Shown: positions 8,413 to 18,503 of the stretch, piece after piece
Layout of the letters: every line of letters begins with the position of its first letter
How positions within the stretch are numbered: position 1 is the stretch's first letter
From: Myxococcota bacterium
Lineage (GTDB): Bacteria; Myxococcota_A; UBA796; SXON01
DNA: 64,000 nucleotides
Direction: 5' to 3'
Assembly: GCA_040386535.1 (NCBI GenBank)
Contig: JAZKFH010000009.1
Location: 1 to 64,000 of the forward strand
Notes under the pieces: model-generated
Told to the model about the DNA's origin: nothing
The model's database searches: none
What the model saw: the letters and a program-made list of their open reading frames with translations, nothing else
Position numbers and translations under genes: made by a program

Positions 8413-9903
8413 CTACGCGCCGCGCGTCACGCCGTAGAGCTTGCCGTGGCGGTTCCACAGGTGCGCCACGAGATCCTCGACCGGGTCGCGGTCCCCCACG
8501 ACCGCGCGGAAGAGGACCGGCGCGTCGTCGAGGTGGCCCTTGGCGTGCACGTGCTCGCGCAGCCACGCGAGGATGGGCTTGAACTGGCCCCGCTCGACGT
8601 GCTCCCAGATGTCGGGCAGATCCTCCTGGATCTTCGCCCCGAACCCGGCCGCGTAGAGGTTGCCGATGGTGTAGCTCGGGAAGTAGCCGAACGCGCCGCC
8701 GGACCAGTGCACGTCCTGGAGCACGCCCTCCTTGGCGGTCGGAGGCGTGACGCCCACGATGCGCCGGTACGCGTCGTCCCACGCCGCCGGAAGGTCGACC
8801 GCCTGGAGCCGGCCCTCGAGGACGGCGACCTCGATCTCGAACCGCACCAGGATGTGCAGGTTGTAGGTGGCCTCGTCGGCGAAGATGCGGACGAGCGAGC
8901 GCTCGACCGTGTTCATCGCGCCGTAGAGCGAGGCGGGCGTGACGTCGAGCGTGGGCCAGATGCCGTGCATGCGCGGCGCGAGGTAGCGGCAGAACGCCTC
9001 GGAGCGCCCGACGAAGTTCTCCCAGAAGCGCGACTGGGACTCGTGGAGGCCCATGCCGGCGGCCTTGTCGAGCCCCGTGCCCGCCCACTGCGAGGGCAGG
9101 CCCTGCTCGTACATGGCGTGGCCGCACTCGTGCACGGTGCCGCCGAGCGCGGCGAGGAAGTTGTCGACGTGGAAATGCGTCGTGATGCGCACGTCATCCG
9201 TCGCGAGGCCCACCGAGAACGGGTGCTCGGAGAGATCGAGCCGGCCGCGCACCCGGTCGAAGCCGAGGTCGGTGAGGACACGCTCGGAGAGCTTGCGCTG
9301 CCCCTCCACGTCGAGGGGCGCGTTGAAGCCCGCGGGGGCGGGCTGGCCCTGGATCGTGTCGAGGAAGCGGTTGAGCTCGAGGCCCAGGCGCTCGAACATC
9401 GGGCGGAGCTCGGCGATCGTCGAGCCCGGATCGTAGTCCTCGAGCAGCGCGTCGTAGAGGTGCTGCCCGGGCGTGGCCTGCCGCTCGGCCTGCTCGCGCG
9501 TCAAATCGATGAGTCGCTGGAGCGGCGCGGCGTAGAGCGCGAAGTCGTTGGACTTGCGCGCGTCCATCCACGCGGCGAAGCCCGCGGTGCGGGCGTGGGA
9601 GAGCTCCTCGACGAGGCGGCCGGGGAGCGCGGTGGCGCGGCGATACCGGCGCCGGGCGTTGCGCACCGCGGACGTCTGCATCCGGTCGAGCGAGGCGCCC
9701 TCGAGCTCCCCGAGCCAGGTCCCCACCTCGGGCGCCGTGAAGCGCTCGTGGTAGATGCGCCCGAGCACGGCGCTCTGCTTCCCGCGCGAGTCGCCGCTGC
9801 CGACGGGCAGGTAGGTCTGCTGGTCCCAGTCGAGCAGCGCCATGGCGCCCCCGATCGCGTCGAGCTCGTGGATGCGAGACGTGAGCTGGTCCCAGGCGTT
9901 CAT
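8413..9903 (-). CDS. Carboxypeptidase, M32 (Taq) family
   Basis: LLDWDQQT; HPF; DVRITT; HECGH zinc motif; HESQS; ADE.TYNLH; QDVHW; GYFPSYTIG. Confidence 0.95.
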   Translation of the reverse strand: MNAWDQLTSRIHELDAIGGAMALLDWDQQTYLPVGSGDSRGKQSAVLGRIYHERFTAPEVGTWLGELEGASLDRMQTSAVRNARRRYRRATALPGRLVEELSHARTAGFAAWMDARKSNDFALYAAPLQRLIDLTREQAERQATPGQHLYDALLEDYDPGSTIAELRPMFERLGLELNRFLDTIQGQPAPAGFNAPLDVEGQRKLSERVLTDLGFDRVRGRLDLSEHPFSVGLATDDVRITTHFHVDNFLAALGGTVHECGHAMYEQGLPSQWAGTGLDKAAGMGLHESQSRFWENFVGRSEAFCRYLAPRMHGIWPTLDVTPASLYGAMNTVERSLVRIFADEATYNLHILVRFEIEVAVLEGRLQAVDLPAAWDDAYRRIVGVTPPTAKEGVLQDVHWSGGAFGYFPSYTIGNLYAAGFGAKIQEDLPDIWEHVERGQFKPILAWLREHVHAKGHLDDAPVLFRAVVGDRDPVEDLVAHLWNRHGKLYGVTRGA

Positions 9904-9942
9904 GGCGTCCTCGAAGCCGGGCGGTATAACGGGCGTGCGCCC

Positions 9943-10557
9943 ATGCCGCCCACCCTCACGCTCGACGCCGCCGCCTCCCCCGAAGCAAACGCGCTGCTCA
10001 CGACGATGTTGCGCGCTCTCCAGGGCGCGTTGCGCGCGGCGCCAGACGACGAAGCGGCGCTCGAGGCCGGCTTGTCCGAGGGGCTCGCCGCCTACGACGG
10101 CTACCTTGCCCACGTCGTCACCGCGCACCCGATGAGCTGCGCGGTCGGCTGCACCGCGTGTTGCCACGACAACCCACGCGGCGTGACCGGCGTGGAGATC
10201 GAGCGCCTGGGCCGCGTGGTCGACGCCCTGCCCGACGGCGTCCGGATCCGGGCGGCGTTCGCCCGCCTCGCCGCGCAGCGGACCGACGCCGAGGCCTGGC
10301 GCCGCCGTCGCGAGCCCTGTCCGCTCCTCGACCCCGCCGGGCGTTGCCGCGCCTATGCCGCGCGCCCGCTCGCCTGCCGCGCGTTCGTGGCGGTCACCCC
10401 CGCCGCGTGGTGCGATCCCGACAGCCCCTCCTACGCCGACCGCGTCAACCCACACCTCGATCCGCCGCGGGTCATCCTCCAGATCCTGCAGGCGCTCTCG
10501 GCGCGGCGTGGGCTCTCCGTCGCGACCGACTTGCACACGGGGATGGCGGGTAGATGA
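9943..10557 (+). CDS. YkgJ/FliB-like cysteine-cluster (putative Fe-S/Zn) protein
   Basis: CAVGCTACC...CPLLDPAGRCRAYAARPLACR; its stop overlaps the next ATG. Confidence 0.85.
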   Translation: MPPTLTLDAAASPEANALLTTMLRALQGALRAAPDDEAALEAGLSEGLAAYDGYLAHVVTAHPMSCAVGCTACCHDNPRGVTGVEIERLGRVVDALPDGVRIRAAFARLAAQRTDAEAWRRRREPCPLLDPAGRCRAYAARPLACRAFVAVTPAAWCDPDSPSYADRVNPHLDPPRVILQILQALSARRGLSVATDLHTGMAGR

Positions 10558-13061
10558 CGATGCGCTGGAACGACGAGGCCCGGTCGCTCGACCTCGGCGT
10601 GCGGGACCTGTTGGACGAGGGAGACCGTCGCGGCCGCGCGCCGATGGCGCTCTCCGATCGGGCGCGCATGCGGGCCGGGGCCGAGCTCCATCGCGATCTG
10701 CAGGCGGTGCGGCGGGCGGAGTCGGAGCACGTGTCCGCGGAGGTCACGCTCCGGCACTCGGTCGTCGTGCGCGGGTGGACCTGCACCGTGCACGGCCGCG
10801 CCGACGTGGTGGCGGAGGAGGACGGCCGCACCGTCGTCGAGGAGATCAAGTCTTCCCTGCTCGATGGCGACGCGCTCGCGCGCACCAGCACGTTCCCCGC
10901 GTGGGAGCGCCAGCTGGCCTTCTACGTGAGCTTCGCCGCCGCGGCCCGCCGCCCCGATCCCGTGGGGCGGCTCCGCGTCGTCTCGCTCCTCGACGGCGCC
11001 GAGCGTATCGTCCAGGTGCCCCTCGATCCGGGGCTCGACGCCTGGATCGTCGCGCGTCTGGACGACCTCGTCCGTGGCCGCGAGGAGCGCCTCGCGTGGT
11101 GGGCGCGCCGTCGGCAGGCACCGGTGCGGTTCGCCCACGACGAGCCGCGCCCAGGCCAGGACGCCGTGGTGGCCGCGGTCGAGGAGGGGGTGCGCAAGGG
11201 CGGGCACGTGCTGCTCGTCGCGCCCACGGGCGTGGGAAAGACCGCCGCGGTGCTCGCCGGCACGCTCCGGGCCGCGGCCGGGTCGGGCCAGCGGGTGTGG
11301 TGGGCCACGGCGCGCACCACGCAGCAGGCCATGGTCGAGCGCACCGCCGCCGCGATGGCGGCACGTGGCACCCCCGTGCGTTCGGTCACGCTGCGCGCAC
11401 GGGAGCGGGCGTGTCGAAGGGGAGGGGAGCCCTGCGACCCCGGTACGTGCCCGCTCCTGGAGCCCTCGCCCGACCGGCTCGACGCCGCGCTCCAGGCGCT
11501 CGCGGTCCTCGGCCAGCCCGACGCCGACGCGCTCGCCGCGGTAGCCGCCGAACATCGGCTCTGTCCGTACGCGCTCGCGCTCTCCTGGCTCGAGCGGTGC
11601 GACCTCGTCATCTGCGACTACAACTACGCCTTCGACCCCGACGTGCGGCTCCGCCTCGCGCTGGCGGACGTGCCCCACGTGCTGGTCGTGGAAGAGGCCC
11701 ACCAGCTGCCCGACCGCGCGTGCGACTGGGGCTCGCCCAGCATCGACTCGAAGCTCGTGAACGACGTGCTCGCCGCGCTTCCCGACGATCACGCGTGGCG
11801 TCCGTTCCGCGCGCTCGCGTACCAGGTCGCCGAGGCGATCGCGGACGCCGCGCTCCTGTCGACCGGCGAGGGCGACAAGGACGCCGTGCTGGTGGAGGCG
11901 AACACGCGCCGATGGGTCGCGCTTCGCGACGCCGTCGACGATCTCGGCCTGGCCCACGCCGCGTTGAGCCAGGGAACCCCGTTCGTGTCCGCCGTCACGA
12001 CGCAGCTCCTCCTCGCGCCCCAGGTCCTCCTTGCGCCGGTGCCCGCTTTCCCCTCCGCGCCGCCGCCCCCGATGGACCCGTGGGTAGCGCTCGCGCGCGC
12101 CGTCATGCGGTTCGCGGGGGCGCTCGAACGCGCCGGCGACGAGACGGTCGCGCTCTGGTCGCCGGGGCCGGCGGTGGCGCCGGGGACGATGCGCGAGGTG
12201 CCGGGCGGGCGCCTCGCGTTGTCCTGCCGCGACCCCTCGCGGGTGCTCGGCCCCCGGTTCACCGAGGCCCACGCGACCGTGTCGGTCAGCGCCACCCTCG
12301 CGCCCCCGTGGTTCTACCGGGATCGGTGCGGCATGGAGCCCGACCGCGTGGTCGAGGTCGAGGCGCCGTCACCCTTTCCGCCCGAGCGCCGCCGCGTCCT
12401 CGTCGTGGGCGGGGTCTCCACCGAGTACAAGCACCGCCTCCGTGATCGGGAGCGGGTCGCCGACATCGTCGCGCGCACGCTCGCCGCGGTGCCCGGGAAC
12501 GCCGCCGTGTTCGTGTCGAGCTTCGAGCAGCTCCGCGATCTCGTCGCCGCGCTCTCCCTCCCGGACCGCGAGCTTCTGGTGCAGACGCCCGCGATGGACG
12601 AGGGCGAACGCGCGCGCATGCTCGATCGGATGCGCGATCCGACGGCGCCCCAGGCGCGGGTGCTCGTCGGCGTGCTCGGTGGCTTGTTCGCCGAGGGTGT
12701 GGATCTTCCCGGGGACGCCCTGCGCGCCGTGCTCGTGGTCGGCCCCGCGCTCCCACCCCCCACGCTCGAGCGGCGCCTCCTCCAGGAGTGGTACGAGGAG
12801 CGCTTCGACCAGGGCTTCACGCTCGCCTACGTCCAGCCGGGCATGACCCGGGTCGTGCAGGCGGGCGGTCGCGTCGTGCGCGGGCCGGGCGATCGCGGCG
12901 TGGTGGTGCTGATCTGCCAGCGCTTCTTGCGCAACGCATACGCCGACTGGCTGCCCGCGCCGTGGGAGCCGCATCGCTCGCGCCGCCCGTGGGAGGACGT
13001 GGCCGCGTTCTTCGCGGAGCCCGATTCCGACGATGTCACTTTCGAGCGATCCGGACCGTAG
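10554..13061 (+). CDS. Rad3/DinG-family ATP-dependent helicase with N-terminal PD-(D/E)XK nuclease-like domain
   Basis: GRADVV...EEIKS nuclease motif; Walker A APTGVGKT; Cys cluster C-x6-C-x4-C...CPY; DYNYAFDP; EEAH; SATL; EGVDLPGD; QAGGRVVR. Confidence 0.88.
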   Translation: MTMRWNDEARSLDLGVRDLLDEGDRRGRAPMALSDRARMRAGAELHRDLQAVRRAESEHVSAEVTLRHSVVVRGWTCTVHGRADVVAEEDGRTVVEEIKSSLLDGDALARTSTFPAWERQLAFYVSFAAAARRPDPVGRLRVVSLLDGAERIVQVPLDPGLDAWIVARLDDLVRGREERLAWWARRRQAPVRFAHDEPRPGQDAVVAAVEEGVRKGGHVLLVAPTGVGKTAAVLAGTLRAAAGSGQRVWWATARTTQQAMVERTAAAMAARGTPVRSVTLRARERACRRGGEPCDPGTCPLLEPSPDRLDAALQALAVLGQPDADALAAVAAEHRLCPYALALSWLERCDLVICDYNYAFDPDVRLRLALADVPHVLVVEEAHQLPDRACDWGSPSIDSKLVNDVLAALPDDHAWRPFRALAYQVAEAIADAALLSTGEGDKDAVLVEANTRRWVALRDAVDDLGLAHAALSQGTPFVSAVTTQLLLAPQVLLAPVPAFPSAPPPPMDPWVALARAVMRFAGALERAGDETVALWSPGPAVAPGTMREVPGGRLALSCRDPSRVLGPRFTEAHATVSVSATLAPPWFYRDRCGMEPDRVVEVEAPSPFPPERRRVLVVGGVSTEYKHRLRDRERVADIVARTLAAVPGNAAVFVSSFEQLRDLVAALSLPDRELLVQTPAMDEGERARMLDRMRDPTAPQARVLVGVLGGLFAEGVDLPGDALRAVLVVGPALPPPTLERRLLQEWYEERFDQGFTLAYVQPGMTRVVQAGGRVVRGPGDRGVVVLICQRFLRNAYADWLPAPWEPHRSRRPWEDVAAFFAEPDSDDVTFERSGP

Positions 13062-13106
13062 TCGTCGCGCCGAGCCCGCTGTAGACTGGCGGCCCCGGAG
13101 GCCCCC

Positions 13107-15032
13107 TTGCGCCTGTTTCCTTTCGTTCTCCTCGTCGCGTGCTCCGACTACGATCTCAAGGCGTCCGGCGACCGCGAGGGTGTCGAAGAGGACACCGGCG
13201 TGGACGGCCCGGAGACCGACACCGACGAGGAGCCCTACCCCGAGGACACCGACCCGACGGTGTGCGAGGAGCGCGCCTTTCCGGCGGCCGCCATCGCCCA
13301 GAACGACGAGTGCTACTCCGAGGGCCCGACCGTCGGGAGCTTCACGCCGATCGTCGAGTGGACCAAGGCGAACTGGCGGACCGACCCGAGCTCCAACCAG
13401 GTGATGATGATGCCCGCGGTGGGCTCCCTCACCGATGACGACGGCGATGGCGACGCCGACGCGGACGACGTGCCCGACATCGTCCTCATCACCTACGGCT
13501 CGAGCGACGGCACGCTGCGCGCGGTGAGCGGAGACGGCGGGGAGGAGATCCTCAACGTCACCGGGCAGGGCCTCCAGGGGCAGGGCGGCGTGGCGCTCGG
13601 TGACATCGACGGAGACGGCTGGACCGACATCGTCGCGGTCACGGGCAGCACGGTCAAGGCGTTCGACGCCGCGGGCACCCTGATGTGGACCAGCTCGTCG
13701 CTCTCCGGCCTCATCTACGGCACCTCCGACAACCCGGCCATCTCCGACATGGACGGCGACGGCCGGCCCGAGATCATCGTCGGCAAGGCGATCATCGACG
13801 CGAGCGGGCGGGTGGTGGGGCGCGGCCAGTACGGGATGGGCGGGGTCAACGGCAACAACGTCGGCACCACCTCGTTCGCGGTCGACATCGACGGGGACGG
13901 CGAGCAGGAAGTGATCACGGGCAACGCCACGTACAGCCGCGACGGCACCACCATCTGGTACAATCGCCAGGACGACGGGTATCCGGCCGTCGGCAACTTC
14001 GACGGCGACGCCGACGCCGAGATCGTCGTCTCGAGCGGCGGGCGCGTTCGCCTCCAGGACACCGACGGCACGGTGATCTGCAGCAACCGCATCCCGGGCG
14101 CGGACAGCTCCTACTACGGCGGGCCCCCGACGGTGGCCGACTTCGACGGCGACGGCGAGGCGGAGTTCGCGTGCGCCGCCGGCTCGCGGTACTCGGTCTT
14201 CGAGGCCGACTGCTCGGTCAAGTGGCAGGCCGTGACCCAGGACGCCTCCTCGGGCAACACCGGATCGAGCGTGTTCGACTTCGAAGGCGACGGCATCGCC
14301 GAGGCCGTCTACGCCGACGAGACGCGCCTCTGGGCCTTCGCCGGCCCCGACGGCTCGGTGAAGCTGGAGAGCCCCGAGCACTCGAACGCGACCTGGCTCG
14401 AGTACCCGGCCATCGCCGACGTGGATGGGGACGGCCAGGCCGAGATCGTCGTGGCGAACACCGCCTACGGCGCCAGCTTCTCCGGCATCACCGTGTTCGG
14501 GGACGCCGACGCCTCCTGGCGCTCTGGCCGCAAGGTGTGGAACCAGCACGCCTACCACATCACCAACGTGGACGACAACGGCGGCATTCCCCGCGACGCC
14601 GAGCAGAACTGGCTCACCTACAACAACTTCCGCTCCGGCGACATCGGCGCCGGCGGGTCCGGGTACTCCGGGCCGGATCTCGTGGTCGACGTCGAGGACG
14701 TGTGCATCGACGAGTGCGACCGCGGCCGCCTGACCGTATGGGTGACCGTGGCGAACGCGGGCTTCGAGGATGTCGAGACGGACGTGGATCTGAAGCTGAT
14801 CGGTGTACTGGACGACGGCACCGAGCGGCTCCTGGAGCAGTTCACGGTCACGGACACCATCGCGGCGGGAATGCGCCTCGAGGCGCACCAGGCCGTCATC
14901 GACCCGGTCCCCGAGACCCTCGCGAGCGTGTACGCCAAGGTGGACAAGGGCAACGACGCCGAGGACGACGACGTGTCCGAGTGCGTCGAAGACAACAACG
15001 AGCACGAGTACAACGAGAACCTCTGCCCGTAG
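13107..15032 (+). CDS. FG-GAP/VCBS-repeat lipoprotein with C-terminal CARDB-like domain (paralogue 1)
   Basis: Lipobox LLVAC; many DxDGDG Ca-binding repeats; SSGNTGSSVFDFEGDG; WNQHAYHITNV; PDLVV...ECVEDNN. Confidence 0.85.
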   Translation: MRLFPFVLLVACSDYDLKASGDREGVEEDTGVDGPETDTDEEPYPEDTDPTVCEERAFPAAAIAQNDECYSEGPTVGSFTPIVEWTKANWRTDPSSNQVMMMPAVGSLTDDDGDGDADADDVPDIVLITYGSSDGTLRAVSGDGGEEILNVTGQGLQGQGGVALGDIDGDGWTDIVAVTGSTVKAFDAAGTLMWTSSSLSGLIYGTSDNPAISDMDGDGRPEIIVGKAIIDASGRVVGRGQYGMGGVNGNNVGTTSFAVDIDGDGEQEVITGNATYSRDGTTIWYNRQDDGYPAVGNFDGDADAEIVVSSGGRVRLQDTDGTVICSNRIPGADSSYYGGPPTVADFDGDGEAEFACAAGSRYSVFEADCSVKWQAVTQDASSGNTGSSVFDFEGDGIAEAVYADETRLWAFAGPDGSVKLESPEHSNATWLEYPAIADVDGDGQAEIVVANTAYGASFSGITVFGDADASWRSGRKVWNQHAYHITNVDDNGGIPRDAEQNWLTYNNFRSGDIGAGGSGYSGPDLVVDVEDVCIDECDRGRLTVWVTVANAGFEDVETDVDLKLIGVLDDGTERLLEQFTVTDTIAAGMRLEAHQAVIDPVPETLASVYAKVDKGNDAEDDDVSECVEDNNEHEYNENLCP

Positions 15033-15099
15033 CGTCGTGGCCCAGGGTTGTGGCACACTGGCCGCTCACCGACGCCCCCGCCTCCCGACGAGGATCTCC

Positions 15100-17037
15100 A
15101 TGCGCACGCTGCTCCCCTTCCTCCCCTGTCTGCTCCTCGGATGCCTGCAGGAGAACGAGATCACCGGGAAGCCCGAGGAGCCGGAGTTCGTCGAGGGCGA
15201 CACGGCGGTCCCGCCCGACACGGACACGGACACGGACGTGCCGCCGGACACGGGGGAGACCGCAGAGCCGCCCCCGAACTGCGACGACCAGTACTTCGCC
15301 GGATCGAGCGTCCCGCAGCTGGACGAGTGCTTCTCGGCCGGGCCGACCGTCGGCACGTTCACGCCGGAAGTGCTCTGGGACAAGCAGACGTTCTCCAACA
15401 ACGGCGCATCGGTCAGCTGCATGATGCAGCCGATCGTGTGCCCCCTCTCGGATGACGACGGCGACGGCGACGCGGACGAGAACGACATCGCCGACGTCGT
15501 GATCATCACCTACTCGCCGGGCGTGTTGCGCGCGTTGTCCGGCGTGGACGGCTCCGAGCTCTGGGGGTCCTCCGGCGCAGGCGGGATCCAGATCACCGGC
15601 GGCGCGGCGTGCGGCGATCTCGACGGGGACGGCTCGGTCGAGGTCATCGCCGCCACCTCCACCGGTGTCGACGTGTTCGATCGCCACGGCAACGCGGTGT
15701 GGTCGAGCAGTGCGTGCAGCGGCGCGATGGACGGCACGTCGGACTCGCCCGGCATCGCCGACATGAACGCCGACGGGGAGCCCGAGGTCATCATCGGCAG
15801 CTGCATCCTCGACAAGGACGGCGCTCTGCTCGGCCGGGGCACCTACGGCTGGGGCAGCTCCGCGAACGTGGGCTCGGGCTCCTTCGCGGTCGACATCGAT
15901 CAGGACGGGGAGCTCGAGGTCGTGGCCGGCAACGCCATCTACGACATCAGCGGCAACGCACTGTGGGCGAACGGGCAGGCGGACGGGTACCCCGCGGTCG
16001 GCAACTTCGACGAGGACGACTTCGGCGAGATCGTCGTCACCGGTGACGCGCGCATGCGCATCCAGGACGACGACGGCACCGTGCTCTGCTCGGCGGCCAT
16101 CCCGGCGGCGAGCGCCACCTACGGCGGCCCCCCGACCGTGGCCGACTTCGACGGCGACGGCGAGGCCGAGATCGGCGTGGCCGCGAACTCGACCTACACC
16201 GTCTTCGAGACCGATTGCAGCGTGTTGTGGCAGTTCACGGGCACGACCGACCCGTCGTCCGGCAACACCGGGTCGAGCGTGTTCGACTTCGAGGGAGACG
16301 GCATCGCCGACGTCGTCTACGCCGACGAGCACTGGGTCTGGGTCTTCGACGGGCGCGACGGCACCGTGAAGATGCAGGACCCCACGCACTCGAACAACAC
16401 CTGGTTCGAGTACCCGACCGTCGCGGACATCAACGCGGACGGCAGCGCGGACATCGCGGTCTGCAACACCCCGGGCAGCTGGGGCAGCTACAACGGCGTG
16501 ACCGTCTTCCAGGACGCGGACCAGTCGTGGCGCCCCGGTCGTCGCATCTGGAACCAGCACGGCTACAGCATCACAAATGTCGAGGAGGACGGCTCGATCC
16601 CCCAGTACCAGGAGACCAACTGGCTCTCCTACAACAACTTCCGCTCGGGTGACCTCACGCCGGGCGAAGGCTACTCCGGCCCCGATCTGTACGCCGAGAT
16701 CCTCGACATCTGCGTGGACGAGTGCGAGCTCGGCAACGTGACCGTGTGGTACGCGGTCGGAAACCAGGGCTACAACGACGTGGAGGACGACGTGGCGGTC
16801 GAGTTCTGGGGCGACACCGACGCCGGCCCGCAGCTGCTCCTCGCCACCACGTGGACCGCCGACATCGTCCAAGGTCTTCAGACCGCTTCCGAGTCGGTCG
16901 AGCTCACCGGCGTCCCGACGCCGCTCTACAACGTCTGGGTCACGATCGACGGCGGGGACGACACCTCGGTGAGCGTGGTGGACGAGTGCTACGAGGACAA
17001 CAACGTCGACGAGTGGGGCACGATGATTTGTCCCTGA
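15100..17037 (+). CDS. FG-GAP/VCBS-repeat lipoprotein with C-terminal CARDB-like domain (paralogue 2)
   Basis: MRTLLPFLPCLLLGC lipobox; same motif order as the upstream gene (GGPPTVADFDGDG, SSGNTGSSVFDFEGDG, WNQH.Y.ITNV, ECYEDNN). Confidence 0.85.
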   Translation: MRTLLPFLPCLLLGCLQENEITGKPEEPEFVEGDTAVPPDTDTDTDVPPDTGETAEPPPNCDDQYFAGSSVPQLDECFSAGPTVGTFTPEVLWDKQTFSNNGASVSCMMQPIVCPLSDDDGDGDADENDIADVVIITYSPGVLRALSGVDGSELWGSSGAGGIQITGGAACGDLDGDGSVEVIAATSTGVDVFDRHGNAVWSSSACSGAMDGTSDSPGIADMNADGEPEVIIGSCILDKDGALLGRGTYGWGSSANVGSGSFAVDIDQDGELEVVAGNAIYDISGNALWANGQADGYPAVGNFDEDDFGEIVVTGDARMRIQDDDGTVLCSAAIPAASATYGGPPTVADFDGDGEAEIGVAANSTYTVFETDCSVLWQFTGTTDPSSGNTGSSVFDFEGDGIADVVYADEHWVWVFDGRDGTVKMQDPTHSNNTWFEYPTVADINADGSADIAVCNTPGSWGSYNGVTVFQDADQSWRPGRRIWNQHGYSITNVEEDGSIPQYQETNWLSYNNFRSGDLTPGEGYSGPDLYAEILDICVDECELGNVTVWYAVGNQGYNDVEDDVAVEFWGDTDAGPQLLLATTWTADIVQGLQTASESVELTGVPTPLYNVWVTIDGGDDTSVSVVDECYEDNNVDEWGTMICP

Positions 17038-17095
17038 GGCCGCGTACCGATAGGTAGGCCGGCCCACGGAGCCTCGACTGGACGCTGACCGGCTG

Positions 17096-18481
17096 TTGGA
17101 GCTTCGGAAACCTTTCGAGGACCTGGAGGCATCGGCGGTGCGGATCGCCGCCGCGCGCCCCGGGGAGCTCCACGACGACGCGCTCTCGGCCATCCGTTAC
17201 GTGTTGAACTTCGCGAAGCTGCTCGTCGTCCGCGGTCGGGATGGGGTCGATCACGACGTGCAGGGCTTCCTCGCTTCACACGCGTGGAAGGTGCGCGACG
17301 CGCTGACGCCGCACCTCCTGGAGGAGCCCTCGTTGTGGGGCGCGATGCGGGTGCTGCCCGAGCTCGTGGCGCTCACCCGCGACCGCCGCACGCGCCTGCT
17401 GGAGCACTTCCCCCTCGATCGGGACAGCCTCGAGGCCGAGGTCACGACGCGCCAGCTCGTCGTGGTGTGTGGCGGCGGTGGCGGCGCCGGCTACGGCTAC
17501 GCGGGCGCGTGGACCCTGTTCCATCGCCGTGGCCTGCAGCCGGAGCTGATCGCGGGCACGTCGATCGGCTCGTTGCTGGGCCTGTTCCGCGCGCGTCGGC
17601 GGGTGTTCGACGGAGCGCCGCTCGTGGCCGCGGCCAAGCGCCTCTCCTGGGAGAGGGTGTTCCGCGTTCTGCAAGTGGAGAGCCGCTACGGCCTGCCCGC
17701 GACCCTGCGGCTGTACCTGCGGAGCGCGATCGGCTCCCTGTTCGAGACGCCGGACGGGCGCCCGCTCACGTTCAGCGACCTCGAGATCCCGCTGCTCGTG
17801 GTGACCACGGGCATCGGCGTCGAGGCGCTCAAGCACGATCTCTCGTACTACGAGCACTTCCTCGACGACGCGGTGCGCCCCGGCGTGAAGCTCCAGGTCT
17901 CCACCTTGGCGAAGGTGGGGCAGGTCGCGACGATCTTCCGCGAGCTGTTGTCCACCCCCGACGCGCTCCGGGAGGTCGTGTTCGGATCGGACCCCGCCAC
18001 CTACGACGCCGACGTCCTCGATGCCGCGGGCTTCTCCTCCTCCATCCCGGGGCTCATCCACTACGACGTGCTCCGTGACGATCGGCGGATGAAGGTCCTG
18101 CTCGACGAGCTCTACGCCCGCTACGGCATCACTCGGTTGGCGGAGGGCGGCATCGTGAACAACGTGCCGGTGCGGCCCGCGTTCGTCGAGGCGATGTCCG
18201 GACGCCTTGGGCGTCGCAACCCGTACATCGTGGCGTTGGACTGTTTTCCGCCGCGGATGCGCGCGATCCTGTTCTACGGGATCCAGCAGATCGTGCGGCC
18301 CAACGTCATGCGGAACATCCCGTACGCGAACACGTACCTCGCGATGGAGCGGACGCTCTCGCCGCTCAACCTCGTCCCCAATGTGCCGGACGTGAACAAG
18401 GCGATGAACTGGACGATGGAGGAGCTCGAGCCGCACATGCCGGTCATCGAGCGGATGTGCACGCCGTTCCGGCCGCTCTGA
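17096..18481 (+). CDS. Patatin-like phospholipase family protein
   Basis: GGGGGAG oxyanion loop, GTSIG nucleophile motif, EGG (in place of DGG) followed by NNVP. Confidence 0.8.
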   Translation: MELRKPFEDLEASAVRIAAARPGELHDDALSAIRYVLNFAKLLVVRGRDGVDHDVQGFLASHAWKVRDALTPHLLEEPSLWGAMRVLPELVALTRDRRTRLLEHFPLDRDSLEAEVTTRQLVVVCGGGGGAGYGYAGAWTLFHRRGLQPELIAGTSIGSLLGLFRARRRVFDGAPLVAAAKRLSWERVFRVLQVESRYGLPATLRLYLRSAIGSLFETPDGRPLTFSDLEIPLLVVTTGIGVEALKHDLSYYEHFLDDAVRPGVKLQVSTLAKVGQVATIFRELLSTPDALREVVFGSDPATYDADVLDAAGFSSSIPGLIHYDVLRDDRRMKVLLDELYARYGITRLAEGGIVNNVPVRPAFVEAMSGRLGRRNPYIVALDCFPPRMRAILFYGIQQIVRPNVMRNIPYANTYLAMERTLSPLNLVPNVPDVNKAMNWTMEELEPHMPVIERMCTPFRPL

Positions 18482-18503
18482 TCGCCTCGAGCCCCACGAG
18501 CGT

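Noticed and set aside
10554..11100. Cas4/CasDinG (type IV CRISPR) interpretation of the nuclease-helicase
   Set aside because: No array or other cas genes nearby, and no Cas4-type Cys cluster flanks the nuclease motif. It fits a stand-alone Rad3-like nuclease-helicase.
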